Part shown: piece after piece, positions 1 through 7,906 of the stretch
Position numbering within the stretch: the stretch's first letter is position 1
Layout: every line of letters begins with the position of its first letter
DNA from: an uncultured virus (IMG/VR IMGVR_UViG_3300046694_000616)
Lineage: Duplodnaviria; Heunggongvirae; Uroviricota; Caudoviricetes
Reading direction: 5' to 3' (one strand)
IMG/VR virus record: IMGVR_UViG_3300046694_000616
Length of the DNA: 64,000 bases
The notes under the pieces: generated by a model
Seen by the model: only the letters and a program-made list of their open reading frames with translations
Told to the model about the DNA's origin: nothing
Databases searched by the model: none
Program-made: the position numbers and the translations under genes

Positions 1-1005
1 TCAGGCAAACGCCTTCCTAAGCGTCTCCAGCGTCAAACGCTTTTCCTCTTCACGCTTGCGCTCGAAGTCCGGGTCCGGCTCGTCGACCTTGGTCAGGCGT
101 TCGAGCATGCGAAGTATCGAGGCACTGTTCTTCGCTTTGCGCTGCGCCTGTTCTTCCGGCGTGAGCGCGTCGAAAGCCTCCTGAGCAGCGCGGCTCTCCA
201 GGTAGCTTTTCTCGCTTTTGACCGGCGGAGCCAGCTCGAAGGCGGCCTTGAGGAACGGGTTGTCAGTCTGCACATCCCGCGTCCAAAGGATAAACGGCTC
301 GCCAAGCTTCGGAAGCGCGGTTTTCAGGTCTCGAATCAGGGTCTCCGTATTCAGAAACTCGGCGATTCGGAGGAAGTGGGTGAGTACGGCGCCCACCAGC
401 GTTTGCGCGGCTGTCCGTGCCCGATTGCGCTCATCAGCTATGGCGTAGGGCAGCGCGACCGTTTCCACGAACTCCCAGCTACGGTGGCGGTTGGTCGACG
501 TGGCGTGGAAACTTGCCATGTCTTCCTCCGGGTCGTACTCCTCTTGCCCGTCGTAGTCCTGGTAGTTTTCAGCTAACGCGTCCCAGCCATGCGGACGGGT
601 ACCTTCGAGCTCCGGATGCCGGGCGACGAGCGCGAGATGCAACTGCTTGACGCGCGCGCTGTAGTCCCAGCAACCCGCGAGCGCGACGCCGGCGTCGTAC
701 AGGTCGGTCGACGAACTCATGATGCTGTCGAGCAGTGTGCAGAGCGCGTCGTAATATTCGGCGCCAATCCGGTCACCGATTTCCGGCTGGTCCGACAACA
801 GCGCTTTGCGGCCGTCGCGCAGTTCGTGCGCGGCCTCCCACAGGTCGTGTTTCGTGAACCAGCTTTTACCGATGTCGAAGGCCGTTTCACGAATTTCCGA
901 GATGATGGCCGTCAGGTCTTTGACCGGCGTCCACTTCAGGCTGAGATACGCGGCCAGTTGGGCTACTTCTTCGTCGAGATTGATGTTTGCGGTCAATTTT
1001 TTCAT
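1..1005 (-). CDS. hypothetical protein
   Basis: Long ORF; GAGGA RBS before ATG at 1005 (MKKLTANI); no recognisable motif. Confidence 0.75.
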   Translation of the reverse strand: MKKLTANINLDEEVAQLAAYLSLKWTPVKDLTAIISEIRETAFDIGKSWFTKHDLWEAAHELRDGRKALLSDQPEIGDRIGAEYYDALCTLLDSIMSSSTDLYDAGVALAGCWDYSARVKQLHLALVARHPELEGTRPHGWDALAENYQDYDGQEEYDPEEDMASFHATSTNRHRSWEFVETVALPYAIADERNRARTAAQTLVGAVLTHFLRIAEFLNTETLIRDLKTALPKLGEPFILWTRDVQTDNPFLKAAFELAPPVKSEKSYLESRAAQEAFDALTPEEQAQRKAKNSASILRMLERLTKVDEPDPDFERKREEEKRLTLETLRKAFA

Positions 1006-1034
1006 GGTCTGTCCTCGGTGGTTTAGGCACATTC

Positions 1035-1041
1035 TGTATAG
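1035..1041 (-). promoter_or_regulatory. CTATACG-class box (variant CTATACA)
   Basis: 29 nt upstream of ATG 1005 on the coding strand. Confidence 0.5.
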
Positions 1042-1239
1042 GACAAGCCGACCGTCAATTCTGGCTGCGGATAAAGGGAGGCTTCGGACCCCACCGAAGC
1101 GCTCCCACGCGACTATCGCGTCTGCTTATTGCTTTTCTGGTTCTCCTCGCGCCTTTCCGGGCGTGTGGTTTTTCGACCGCGCCATGCAACCCCATGCGTG
1201 CCGCAGTTGAGTACGTTAACGGTGGTAAGGCGCGCATCT

Positions 1240-1950
1240 TTAATCGCGCGGCTCCGCCGTTCTGATGTCGCGCAAGCCGACCCACGAGTACGCGCGCTCA
1301 GGGTCCTTGGATAAGGGCAGCTTCACGTTTGCTGTGGGGCCGACTGGGCCATGGAACAGCTCTTCGATGACGGCGGGAACCGGTGCGATGTCGGGCCGCG
1401 CAGCGTAGCTCAAGCTCACCGTCTCACCGACGCTGAACCCGCCCATCGTGCGGTAGAGGAGCGTCCCGTTGGGCTGCCGGCCTACGATTTCCGGGACCGA
1501 TACCAGCCCACGCAGGAACGCACCGAGCTGCTGCCGCTGATAGCCGATGCCGCCCGACGTCTCTGAGACCTTCACCCCAGGCAATTCGCCGCGGGCGAGC
1601 TGGCGCTCGACGGCCGCGCGCATGACGCGCCGGTATTCTCTGCCGCCCGCGAGCAGCACCTTGCGCGAGCCTGCGGGAATGTTGCCGCGCATGAAGTCGT
1701 CGAGCTTGCTCATCATTTCGTTGGCGCGCTCCGGCGTGAGTCGCTGCTCGTAGGGCTCGATGACCTGGTCATCAGGGATGAAGCCGTGCAGAGCGGATAG
1801 GATGACGACGTGCGGCCGCGCCGCGCTCTTCACGTTCGCGCGAAACGTGCTGTACATGGGGCCTTGATAAAGCTCCAGGGCGGGCGCGGCGTGCGGCAAC
1901 TTTGTCGCGGAGCAGGCCAGAATGACGACGGCGGGCGAGCAAGTGGACAT
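1240..1950 (-). CDS. DUF6884-like protein
   Basis: ILACSATK...ALELYQGPMY...ILSALHG...IEPYE...LAGGREY...GIGYQ pattern; GGAG RBS. Confidence 0.6.
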   Translation of the reverse strand: MSTCSPAVVILACSATKLPHAAPALELYQGPMYSTFRANVKSAARPHVVILSALHGFIPDDQVIEPYEQRLTPERANEMMSKLDDFMRGNIPAGSRKVLLAGGREYRRVMRAAVERQLARGELPGVKVSETSGGIGYQRQQLGAFLRGLVSVPEIVGRQPNGTLLYRTMGGFSVGETVSLSYAARPDIAPVPAVIEELFHGPVGPTANVKLPLSKDPERAYSWVGLRDIRTAEPRD

Positions 1951-1979
1951 GGAGACTCCAGAAAAAATCGGGGAAGCGC

Positions 1980-2006
1980 TAAAGTTTCGTGCAACCGTGC
2001 CGTTAA
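1980..2006 (+). promoter_or_regulatory. sigma28 (FliA)-type promoter
   Basis: TAAAGTTT-N11-GCCGTTAA versus consensus TAAAGTTT-N11-GCCGATAA. Confidence 0.7.
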
Positions 2007-2011
2007 ACCGG

Positions 2012-2081
2012 TTCTCTCAGCTGGAACCATCCTCGGTAACAGCATCTCAAGCCGCGGGTGCATTCACCGTCGGCTTTTTTT
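2012..2081 (+). ncRNA. candidate sigma28-dependent small RNA (~70 nt)
   Basis: Lies between a sigma28 promoter and a + strand intrinsic terminator; no convincing + strand CDS; both flanking genes are on the - strand. Confidence 0.5.
2049..2081 (+). terminator. intrinsic terminator
   Basis: AAGCCG..GGTG-catt-CACC..CGGCTT followed by a T-run. Confidence 0.7.
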
Positions 2082-2084
2082 CGC

Positions 2085-2681
2085 TTACGCGTGCGTGAGC
2101 CTGAACGTCAGGTTGATGCGCGGCCGCGCGCCCGGTTGCTTGGCAATCCCGTGCCGCCATTCTTCCTGCGTCGCGCCCTTCATCACGAGTAGCGAGCCGC
2201 CGCGCAAGTCGTACGCGACCTTGGTTCTGGTTTCCATGTGCTCCATGTCGAACGCCCGACCGGCACCCAGGGAAACTGACGCAATGACCGGATGCTTTCC
2301 GAGCTGCGTTTCCTTGTCCGCGTGCATACCAATGGAGTCGTTGCCGTCGCGGTAGTAGTTCATCAACACGCTGTTGAACCGTGCCGCCAGTCCCTGGCCA
2401 GCTAGAACTCGTTCGACCTTTTCCATGAGCAGGCGCAACTCGTGCGGCATGGGGCAGGCCGGATGAAAGAGCCCAGAGTAGCGGTACTCGACATCACCGA
2501 ACCACGCGAGCAGTCGCGGAATCTGAACCTGTCGTTCCTGCCAGAATAGTGACTTCTGCTGCCAGTCAATCTGGTCGCGACAGAATTTAAACAGCGATTG
2601 ATGGTCGGCCATCGAAAGGAACTCCGGCAGCCACACGACATCAGGCTGCGGCAGGGCCAGTTCTGGAAACAGGGAATCCAT
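2085..2681 (-). CDS. alkB: AlkB-family (ALKBH2/3-like) 2OG-Fe(II) dioxygenase
   Basis: PRLLAWFGD, NSVLMNYYRDGNDSIGMHAD (HxD), IASVSLG, WRHGI, RINLTFR. Confidence 0.9.
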   Translation of the reverse strand: MDSLFPELALPQPDVVWLPEFLSMADHQSLFKFCRDQIDWQQKSLFWQERQVQIPRLLAWFGDVEYRYSGLFHPACPMPHELRLLMEKVERVLAGQGLAARFNSVLMNYYRDGNDSIGMHADKETQLGKHPVIASVSLGAGRAFDMEHMETRTKVAYDLRGGSLLVMKGATQEEWRHGIAKQPGARPRINLTFRLTHA

Positions 2682-2706
2682 TGATAACGCTCCGTGAATA
2701 GCTTGT

Positions 2707-2715
2707 ATTATAGCA
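2707..2715 (-). promoter_or_regulatory. sigma70 extended -10 (alkB)
   Basis: TGCTATAAT upstream of ATG 2681. Confidence 0.55.
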
Positions 2716-2780
2716 AAAATATCCGATATTTACACTGTCAGTTGTCGGCCGGTGCGGCGATTCTCGTTATACACGTTCTA

Positions 2781-2789
2781 TGGTATAAT
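2781..2789 (+). promoter_or_regulatory. sigma70 extended -10 (RNA ligase operon)
   Basis: TGGTATAAT 27 nt before ATG 2817. Confidence 0.6.
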
Positions 2790-2816
2790 GTACTTATTAC
2801 CAATTGCAAAACCACC

Positions 2817-3878
2817 ATGAAACTGCGCAAGTTCTCGGAAATCGAGCAGTTCCGGCATGTCGTCGCGGACGTCACTCTCAATGCCGAATACATCGGTCAG
2901 GATTCGAACAATGAGCCAATTTACGACCGCCGCCGAACCAAGCCGGTTCTGACCTTCCACGGCACAGTCAAGCTGCACGGCAGCAACTGCGGTGTTGCGT
3001 TCGACGTGCTCAGCGGTGAGGTGCGGGCGCAGAGCCACTTCCGCTACCTGAGCGTCGAGGACGACAACTTCGGCTTTTGCGCGTGGGTGGAGTCTCCAGA
3101 AGGTGCGGCAGACCTGTGGATTCTGCGGTTGCTCGTGCTGTCGGCCGCGCTCGACCAGGTAACCAGGGCCGTCGACGGCATTCGGATTTTCGGCGAATGG
3201 TGTGGTCCGCGGGTCAACGGCAAGACGGCCATTGGCCAGCTGCCTTTGCGCTGGGTCGTATTTGGCGCCCTGGTCACACTGGCAGACGGCACGGAGGTCT
3301 GGGTGCCGGTCGACAAGGTCGCATCTGCATGGAACGCGCAGGTCAGGAGCGACGGCTCGCTTGTGCACTTCATCACGGACTTTCCGCAGTACACCATCGA
3401 CATCGACTTCAATGAACCGGAGGCGAGCCTGGACGAACTGGAGCGTCTGACGCTCGAAGTCGAGGCCGAGTGCCCGGTCGCGAAAGCGCTCGGAGGCGAG
3501 GGCATAGGCGAAGGCATTGTCTGGCTCTGCTTCCATTCGAAGCTCGGCCGCCTTACGTTCAAGACCAAAGGTGCGAAGCACAAGGGCACGAAGAACTCGC
3601 GCATCGTGCAGATAGAGCCGGAGGTGCTGGCGAGCATGGACGCCTTTACGGATGCCGTGTTGACCGACAGCCGCCTCGAGCAGGGCTACGGAATCATTCT
3701 CGCCGACCATGGCGAGGTGACGATGCAACATCTCGGCGCGTTCCTGAAGTGGGTAGGACAGGACGTGCTCAAGGAAGAATCGGACACGCTGGAGGCAAGC
3801 GGCCTCGAGCGCAAACAGGTGATGGGGCGCATCAATAATCGCGCGAAGCAGTGGCTGTTGCCGCGTCTTGCGGGCTGA
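2817..3878 (+). CDS. ATP-dependent RNA ligase, Rnl2-like
   Basis: Nucleotidyltransferase motifs KLHGSN (I), FGEWCG (III), GEGIVW (IV), FKTKG (V). Confidence 0.8.
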   Translation: MKLRKFSEIEQFRHVVADVTLNAEYIGQDSNNEPIYDRRRTKPVLTFHGTVKLHGSNCGVAFDVLSGEVRAQSHFRYLSVEDDNFGFCAWVESPEGAADLWILRLLVLSAALDQVTRAVDGIRIFGEWCGPRVNGKTAIGQLPLRWVVFGALVTLADGTEVWVPVDKVASAWNAQVRSDGSLVHFITDFPQYTIDIDFNEPEASLDELERLTLEVEAECPVAKALGGEGIGEGIVWLCFHSKLGRLTFKTKGAKHKGTKNSRIVQIEPEVLASMDAFTDAVLTDSRLEQGYGIILADHGEVTMQHLGAFLKWVGQDVLKEESDTLEASGLERKQVMGRINNRAKQWLLPRLAG

Positions 3879-3903
3879 GTGAACCACATCACAGAGGACA
3901 CAC

Positions 3904-4851
3904 ATGAAACGACATTACCTTCTCGCGGGTTCTTTCGCCTACGACACGGTTTTCCAGCATCCCAAGGCGTTCAGCGTCAGTATCAAGCCGGGTTCCATCG
4001 ACAAGCTCAACACGTCTTTCCAGCTTGATTCCGTGGTCGAGGCCTTCGGCGGCTGCGCGGCCAACATAGGCTATAACGCGTCTCTGCTCGGCGATTCGCC
4101 ATTGCTCGTGGGCAATCTGGGTGAGCAGGATGGTGACCGCTATCTGCGGCGCATCGAAGGCTGGGGGCTGGATACTTCGGACATCGGGATGGTCACGGAC
4201 CAGACGACCGCGCACGCGTGGGTGCTCACGGACGCGAATGGCAACCAGATTACCTCGTTCTACGCGGGCGCCATGACGTCTAGCGTCGACGTGCCGGCTG
4301 TCGCGCCGGCGTTGTGGCACATCGCGCCGGAAGACCCCGTGAACATGGTGAAGCTGGCGCTTGAGGCTCGCGCGCGCGGTGTCGAGTATTTCTTTGACCC
4401 GGGCCAGGCTTTGCCTACGCTCATTCAGGGCGCCGCGAAACATATCGCGTCGCTCGAAGAGGTGTTCGCCGGCGCGAAGGGTATCTTTCTGAACGAGTAC
4501 GAGTGCAGTCTGGTGGCCGGGAACTATCCCGTCAACATCCTCAGTCGCCCGGACCAGTTCCTCGTGCGCACGCGCGGTAGTTGTGGTGCCGACCTCGTCA
4601 CGCAAGGCGACTGGATTCGCGTGAAACCTGCCCGACCGGATGCGGTTGTCGACCCGACGGGCTGTGGTGACGCATTCCGGGCCGGCTTCCTGCACGGCTA
4701 TGTGCGCGAAAAGTCCCTTGTCGAGTGCATGTCGCTGGGCTCGGTGATGGGTGCCGTCGCGGTGGGTAGCGCAGGCGGCCAGAACCATGATGTCGTGCGC
4801 GAGGAGTTGTACGAGCGCTGGACGACTCATCTCAAGACCGCAACTTACTGA
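3904..4851 (+). CDS. PfkB/ribokinase-family kinase, adenosine kinase-like
   Basis: GSFAYD, FGGCAANI, FDPGQ, NEYE, VDPTGCGDAFRAG signature. Confidence 0.88.
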   Translation: MKRHYLLAGSFAYDTVFQHPKAFSVSIKPGSIDKLNTSFQLDSVVEAFGGCAANIGYNASLLGDSPLLVGNLGEQDGDRYLRRIEGWGLDTSDIGMVTDQTTAHAWVLTDANGNQITSFYAGAMTSSVDVPAVAPALWHIAPEDPVNMVKLALEARARGVEYFFDPGQALPTLIQGAAKHIASLEEVFAGAKGIFLNEYECSLVAGNYPVNILSRPDQFLVRTRGSCGADLVTQGDWIRVKPARPDAVVDPTGCGDAFRAGFLHGYVREKSLVECMSLGSVMGAVAVGSAGGQNHDVVREELYERWTTHLKTATY

Positions 4852-4864
4852 CTAGGAAGAGAAT

Positions 4865-5536
4865 ATGAACATGCATTGCAAAGTGATTCCGGTGATTCAC
4901 TACCAGAGCGACGACCAGGCCATGCGCAATGCCGAGCGCGCGGTCGACGCTGGCTGCGATGGTGTCTTCCTGATTCACATGGACGGCGAGAACGAGCTGC
5001 TTGCCCCCATCGCGTGCCGCATCAAGTCGCGCTGGACAGACCGCATTCTCGTAGGCATCAACTATCTGGGCGAAGACCCCGCAAAGGCTGCACTCTCGAA
5101 CGTAGCGAACGGTCTCGATATGACGTGGACGGATGTGCAGCTCACGCACAGCTCGGCTGCCCCGTGGACTTATGCCGCGATGGTGCGCGACGCGCTGGCA
5201 AAATGCCCCAAGCATCTGCTCTTCACCGGCGTCGCATTCAAGCACCAGCGTCACGAGCCGCAGCCGGAACTGGCGGCGCGCATGGCTGACCAGTTCGGCT
5301 TCGTCGCGACCACGAGCGGGTCCGCCACGGGCGTAGCCGCGGAAGTCGACAAGATTGCACGGCTACGCGCGGCGCTGGGCGATGCACCGCTGGCCATTGC
5401 GAGCGGCGTGACGCCCGAGAACGTACACGAGTATGCGCCGCATCTCACGCACATTCTCGTGGCGACGGGGGTGTCCGAGTCGTTTCACGAGTTCGACTAC
5501 GAAAAGCTCTACCGCCTGCGCAGCCTCTGTCAGTGA
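4865..5536 (+). CDS. BtpA/SgcQ-family TIM-barrel protein
   Basis: PVIH, GCDGVFLI, GINYL, TSGSATG, IASGVTPENV, ILVATG. Confidence 0.7.
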   Translation: MNMHCKVIPVIHYQSDDQAMRNAERAVDAGCDGVFLIHMDGENELLAPIACRIKSRWTDRILVGINYLGEDPAKAALSNVANGLDMTWTDVQLTHSSAAPWTYAAMVRDALAKCPKHLLFTGVAFKHQRHEPQPELAARMADQFGFVATTSGSATGVAAEVDKIARLRAALGDAPLAIASGVTPENVHEYAPHLTHILVATGVSESFHEFDYEKLYRLRSLCQ

Positions 5537-5578
5537 CAGGTGTCGCTCCGTTAAGTTACTTGTAAATTGCGATTAATA

Positions 5579-5587
5579 TGATATAAT
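5579..5587 (+). promoter_or_regulatory. sigma70 extended -10
   Basis: TGATATAAT with TTGTAA upstream. Confidence 0.55.
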
Positions 5588-5616
5588 GCAAGTAACTTTT
5601 CGAAAGAGCCTGTCTC

Positions 5617-6087
5617 ATGACCGATACCAATATTTCGCTTCCCCGACCAACATCCGAATGGCAGCACGATAACGGCAACGTCTATATCGTGCTGTGCATC
5701 GCCAACGAATTCACCGAGCAGCCGGACCGCTATCCGCAGACCGTGGTGTACATGGGGCTGAACGGACGCACGTGGTCGCGGCCGGCATCCGACTGGCATC
5801 GTTCGATGACACTGGTGCGCGATGCGGTGGACACGCCTGCCGTACCGGCGCAGGAGTCGTCATTCGACCCGGCCCGTCCGATTTCGGCCGCGAACCTGCC
5901 TGACAGCATGAAAATCACGCAGCCCGCAGCGGCGACCTTCCTGTCGAAGTGGCGCGCGGTTATCGACCAGCTGCAGATTTCGCGCAGCGACGACTCGGTG
6001 CTGGCTCCGGCCGAGCCGACGCATGCGCGTCCGAACGGCCAGGTGCGGGGTCTGATTGTGGGCGAACCGGACGGCGAAGGCGAATGA
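5617..6087 (+). CDS. DUF1653-like N-terminal domain protein
   Basis: WQHDNGNVYIVLCIA...TVVYMGLNGRTWSRP pattern. Confidence 0.5.
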   Translation: MTDTNISLPRPTSEWQHDNGNVYIVLCIANEFTEQPDRYPQTVVYMGLNGRTWSRPASDWHRSMTLVRDAVDTPAVPAQESSFDPARPISAANLPDSMKITQPAAATFLSKWRAVIDQLQISRSDDSVLAPAEPTHARPNGQVRGLIVGEPDGEGE

Positions 6088-6305
6088 GCGACCGACACGA
6101 TACCCCGCAGGACAAGCCGGACGCACCAGCGGTGACGTATTTCGACCCGTACGCGCAGACGATGCTGTTCGAAGACCGGCGCCACTTTCCGGCATCGGGC
6201 CGCGAGCAGTTCGCTCGCTGTCGCGACGTCGAGTACCCGCGGGCCAGCCATCGCGGCGCGTTGCCGGTTCGCGAGACCCACGCACCGGACGGAGCGAAAG
6301 CGTGA
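6084..6305 (+). CDS. hypothetical protein
   Basis: ATGA overlap with the upstream stop (MSDRHDTP). Confidence 0.5.
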   Translation: MSDRHDTPQDKPDAPAVTYFDPYAQTMLFEDRRHFPASGREQFARCRDVEYPRASHRGALPVRETHAPDGAKA

Positions 6306-6736
6306 CGGACGACATCGAAGTCATCATCTTCGAAAAGCCGTCGGGCAACATCATCGGCCTGGTGAACGGCTCAGTGGCATCCGAGGGCAGGCGTCGTTCG
6401 ACGTTGTGCAACGCCAACGCGCGCCTGTATACAGACCGCGCGCCAGATGTGTCCGTCAACACCTCGCGCGGCCTGACTCTCGCCGAACTGGCGCAGACGG
6501 TCGACCTGCTGCAGCGCTTCGAGGCCAAGGTTCATGACCTGGCTGCGGCCTATGGCCCGAGCGAAGCTGCTATCGCGCCATCCAGTGCGGCAGACGTCAG
6601 GAAAACGGCGCAGGCGCTGGTGCGGCACCACCTGGATTCGGTCGAAGTGCATCCGTGCGACGAGCACGACGACGGGGTGCGCGCACGAGGCTGCATCAAG
6701 GAAGTACAGGACCTGCACGCCGCTCTTCAGCGGTGA
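6302..6736 (+). CDS. hypothetical protein
   Basis: GTGA overlap with the upstream stop; GGAG RBS. Confidence 0.55.
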   Translation: MTDDIEVIIFEKPSGNIIGLVNGSVASEGRRRSTLCNANARLYTDRAPDVSVNTSRGLTLAELAQTVDLLQRFEAKVHDLAAAYGPSEAAIAPSSAADVRKTAQALVRHHLDSVEVHPCDEHDDGVRARGCIKEVQDLHAALQR

Positions 6737-6737
6737 C

Positions 6738-6744
6738 CTATACG
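6738..6744 (+). promoter_or_regulatory. CTATACG box
   Basis: 37 nt upstream of ATG 6782. Confidence 0.6.
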
Positions 6745-6781
6745 GTTAGCAGCGCTCTGCTGTTAACCCGAGGAAATATCC

Positions 6782-7198
6782 ATGCTGAAAGTCGATTACG
6801 AAGTTCTGGCTCACGTTTACCCGCGCCCGTCGATGCTCTGGGCTCGCGATTTCGCGGACCAGACGCCGCGCACACTGGCGTACGGCTACACCTGCGAGCG
6901 CGACACGTTTCACGTCTACATCCAGGATGGTGCCATCAACAAGGTGGTTTACCGCTTCGCGGAACCGGCGTCGGTGCTAATCGAGCACAAGCACGAGCGC
7001 GAAGGGCTGCTGCTGACCGAATGCGTCCCGGACAAGCGGCTTTACCCCGAACTGTGCGATTTCGCGTTCTGCGCGCTTCTCAAGGCCCGCGGCGTCGATT
7101 TGCCGTTCACGACGTGGAAGGACCGCACGCCGGCGGAACTTGGCCGCCGCTACCACGGGCAGCTTCTGGAACAGCTGGCGACCGGTCTCGCGGCCTGA
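6782..7198 (+). CDS. hypothetical protein
   Basis: GAGGA RBS; host-like codon usage. Confidence 0.7.
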   Translation: MLKVDYEVLAHVYPRPSMLWARDFADQTPRTLAYGYTCERDTFHVYIQDGAINKVVYRFAEPASVLIEHKHEREGLLLTECVPDKRLYPELCDFAFCALLKARGVDLPFTTWKDRTPAELGRRYHGQLLEQLATGLAA

Positions 7199-7218
7199 CC
7201 AGCTTCAGGGAGCCAGCC

Positions 7219-7398
7219 GTGAACATCAACCAGGCAATTGCACTGCTCGAAAAGCGTAGGGAAGAGTTCGGCGGGGAGCGGGACCTTACCACGCTTGAGT
7301 ATTGCGGCGGAGATGACCGTCCGTGCGACGTCATCGACTTCGAGTTCGACGAGGAAACAGGTTCGCTTCGCATCCGGACCCGTTTTCAGTCCCGATAG
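7219..7398 (+). CDS. small hypothetical protein
   Basis: GGGAG RBS, GTG start (MNINQAIALLE), followed by a terminator. Confidence 0.55.
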   Translation: MNINQAIALLEKRREEFGGERDLTTLEYCGGDDRPCDVIDFEFDEETGSLRIRTRFQSR

Positions 7399-7412
7399 TT
7401 TTTTTCTCTCCT

Positions 7413-7443
7413 AAGGCCGCAGCTTTGTCTGCGGCCTTTTTTT
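7413..7443 (+). terminator. intrinsic terminator
   Basis: AAGGCCGCAG-ctttgt-CTGCGGCCTT plus T-run. Confidence 0.85.
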
Positions 7444-7475
7444 CGTCCCTCGATTGAGAATTGTCAACGTTGGGC

Positions 7476-7502
7476 TAAAGTTTTCAATAACCAGGCCGTT
7501 AT
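7476..7502 (+). promoter_or_regulatory. sigma28 (FliA)-type promoter
   Basis: TAAAGTTT-N11-GCCGTTAT upstream of the HDOD gene. Confidence 0.7.
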
Positions 7503-7744
7503 TGGTGGCCTAGTCTTAAGCTATTTCCTTCTTGGGGCCGGCGAGCCAAAAAGGTTGGTTTGAGCCCATACAGAAGGGGTGCCGTGGTAGCATTCGCGGC
7601 GCCATCACACGGGCGGCGCGGCCGTGGCCTGAAAGGCTTTCGGGCACCTCGGTTGCTGAAATCCGGTAGGGCTACCGTTCTGTTGAACGTGAAGAGGCGA
7701 AAAACAGAATTTTGATAACTCGGTGACCAAGGTGGAACAACTCG

Positions 7745-7906
7745 ATGACAAGCCCAGCCGGTCGGCCACCCAAGTCGAAGAGGACGAGTTCCGCACTCGT
7801 TGAGAAGCAGATTGCCGCAGTGACGCCGCGAGCCGTGCCGGTCGGAGAATCCATAGCAGGCATTGACCAGCCGCAGGCGGACCAGAACATCATCAAAGCT
7901 ACATGA
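7745..7906 (+). CDS. possible 53-aa upstream ORF
   Basis: MTSPAGRPPKSKR...; its stop overlaps the HDOD start (ATGA); below the ORF-track cutoff. Confidence 0.35.
   Translation: MTSPAGRPPKSKRTSSALVEKQIAAVTPRAVPVGESIAGIDQPQADQNIIKAT

Noticed and set aside
7503..7745. c-di-GMP or other known riboswitch in the HDOD leader
   Set aside because: Hairpins are present, but I could not find the conserved core nucleotides of a known class by eye.
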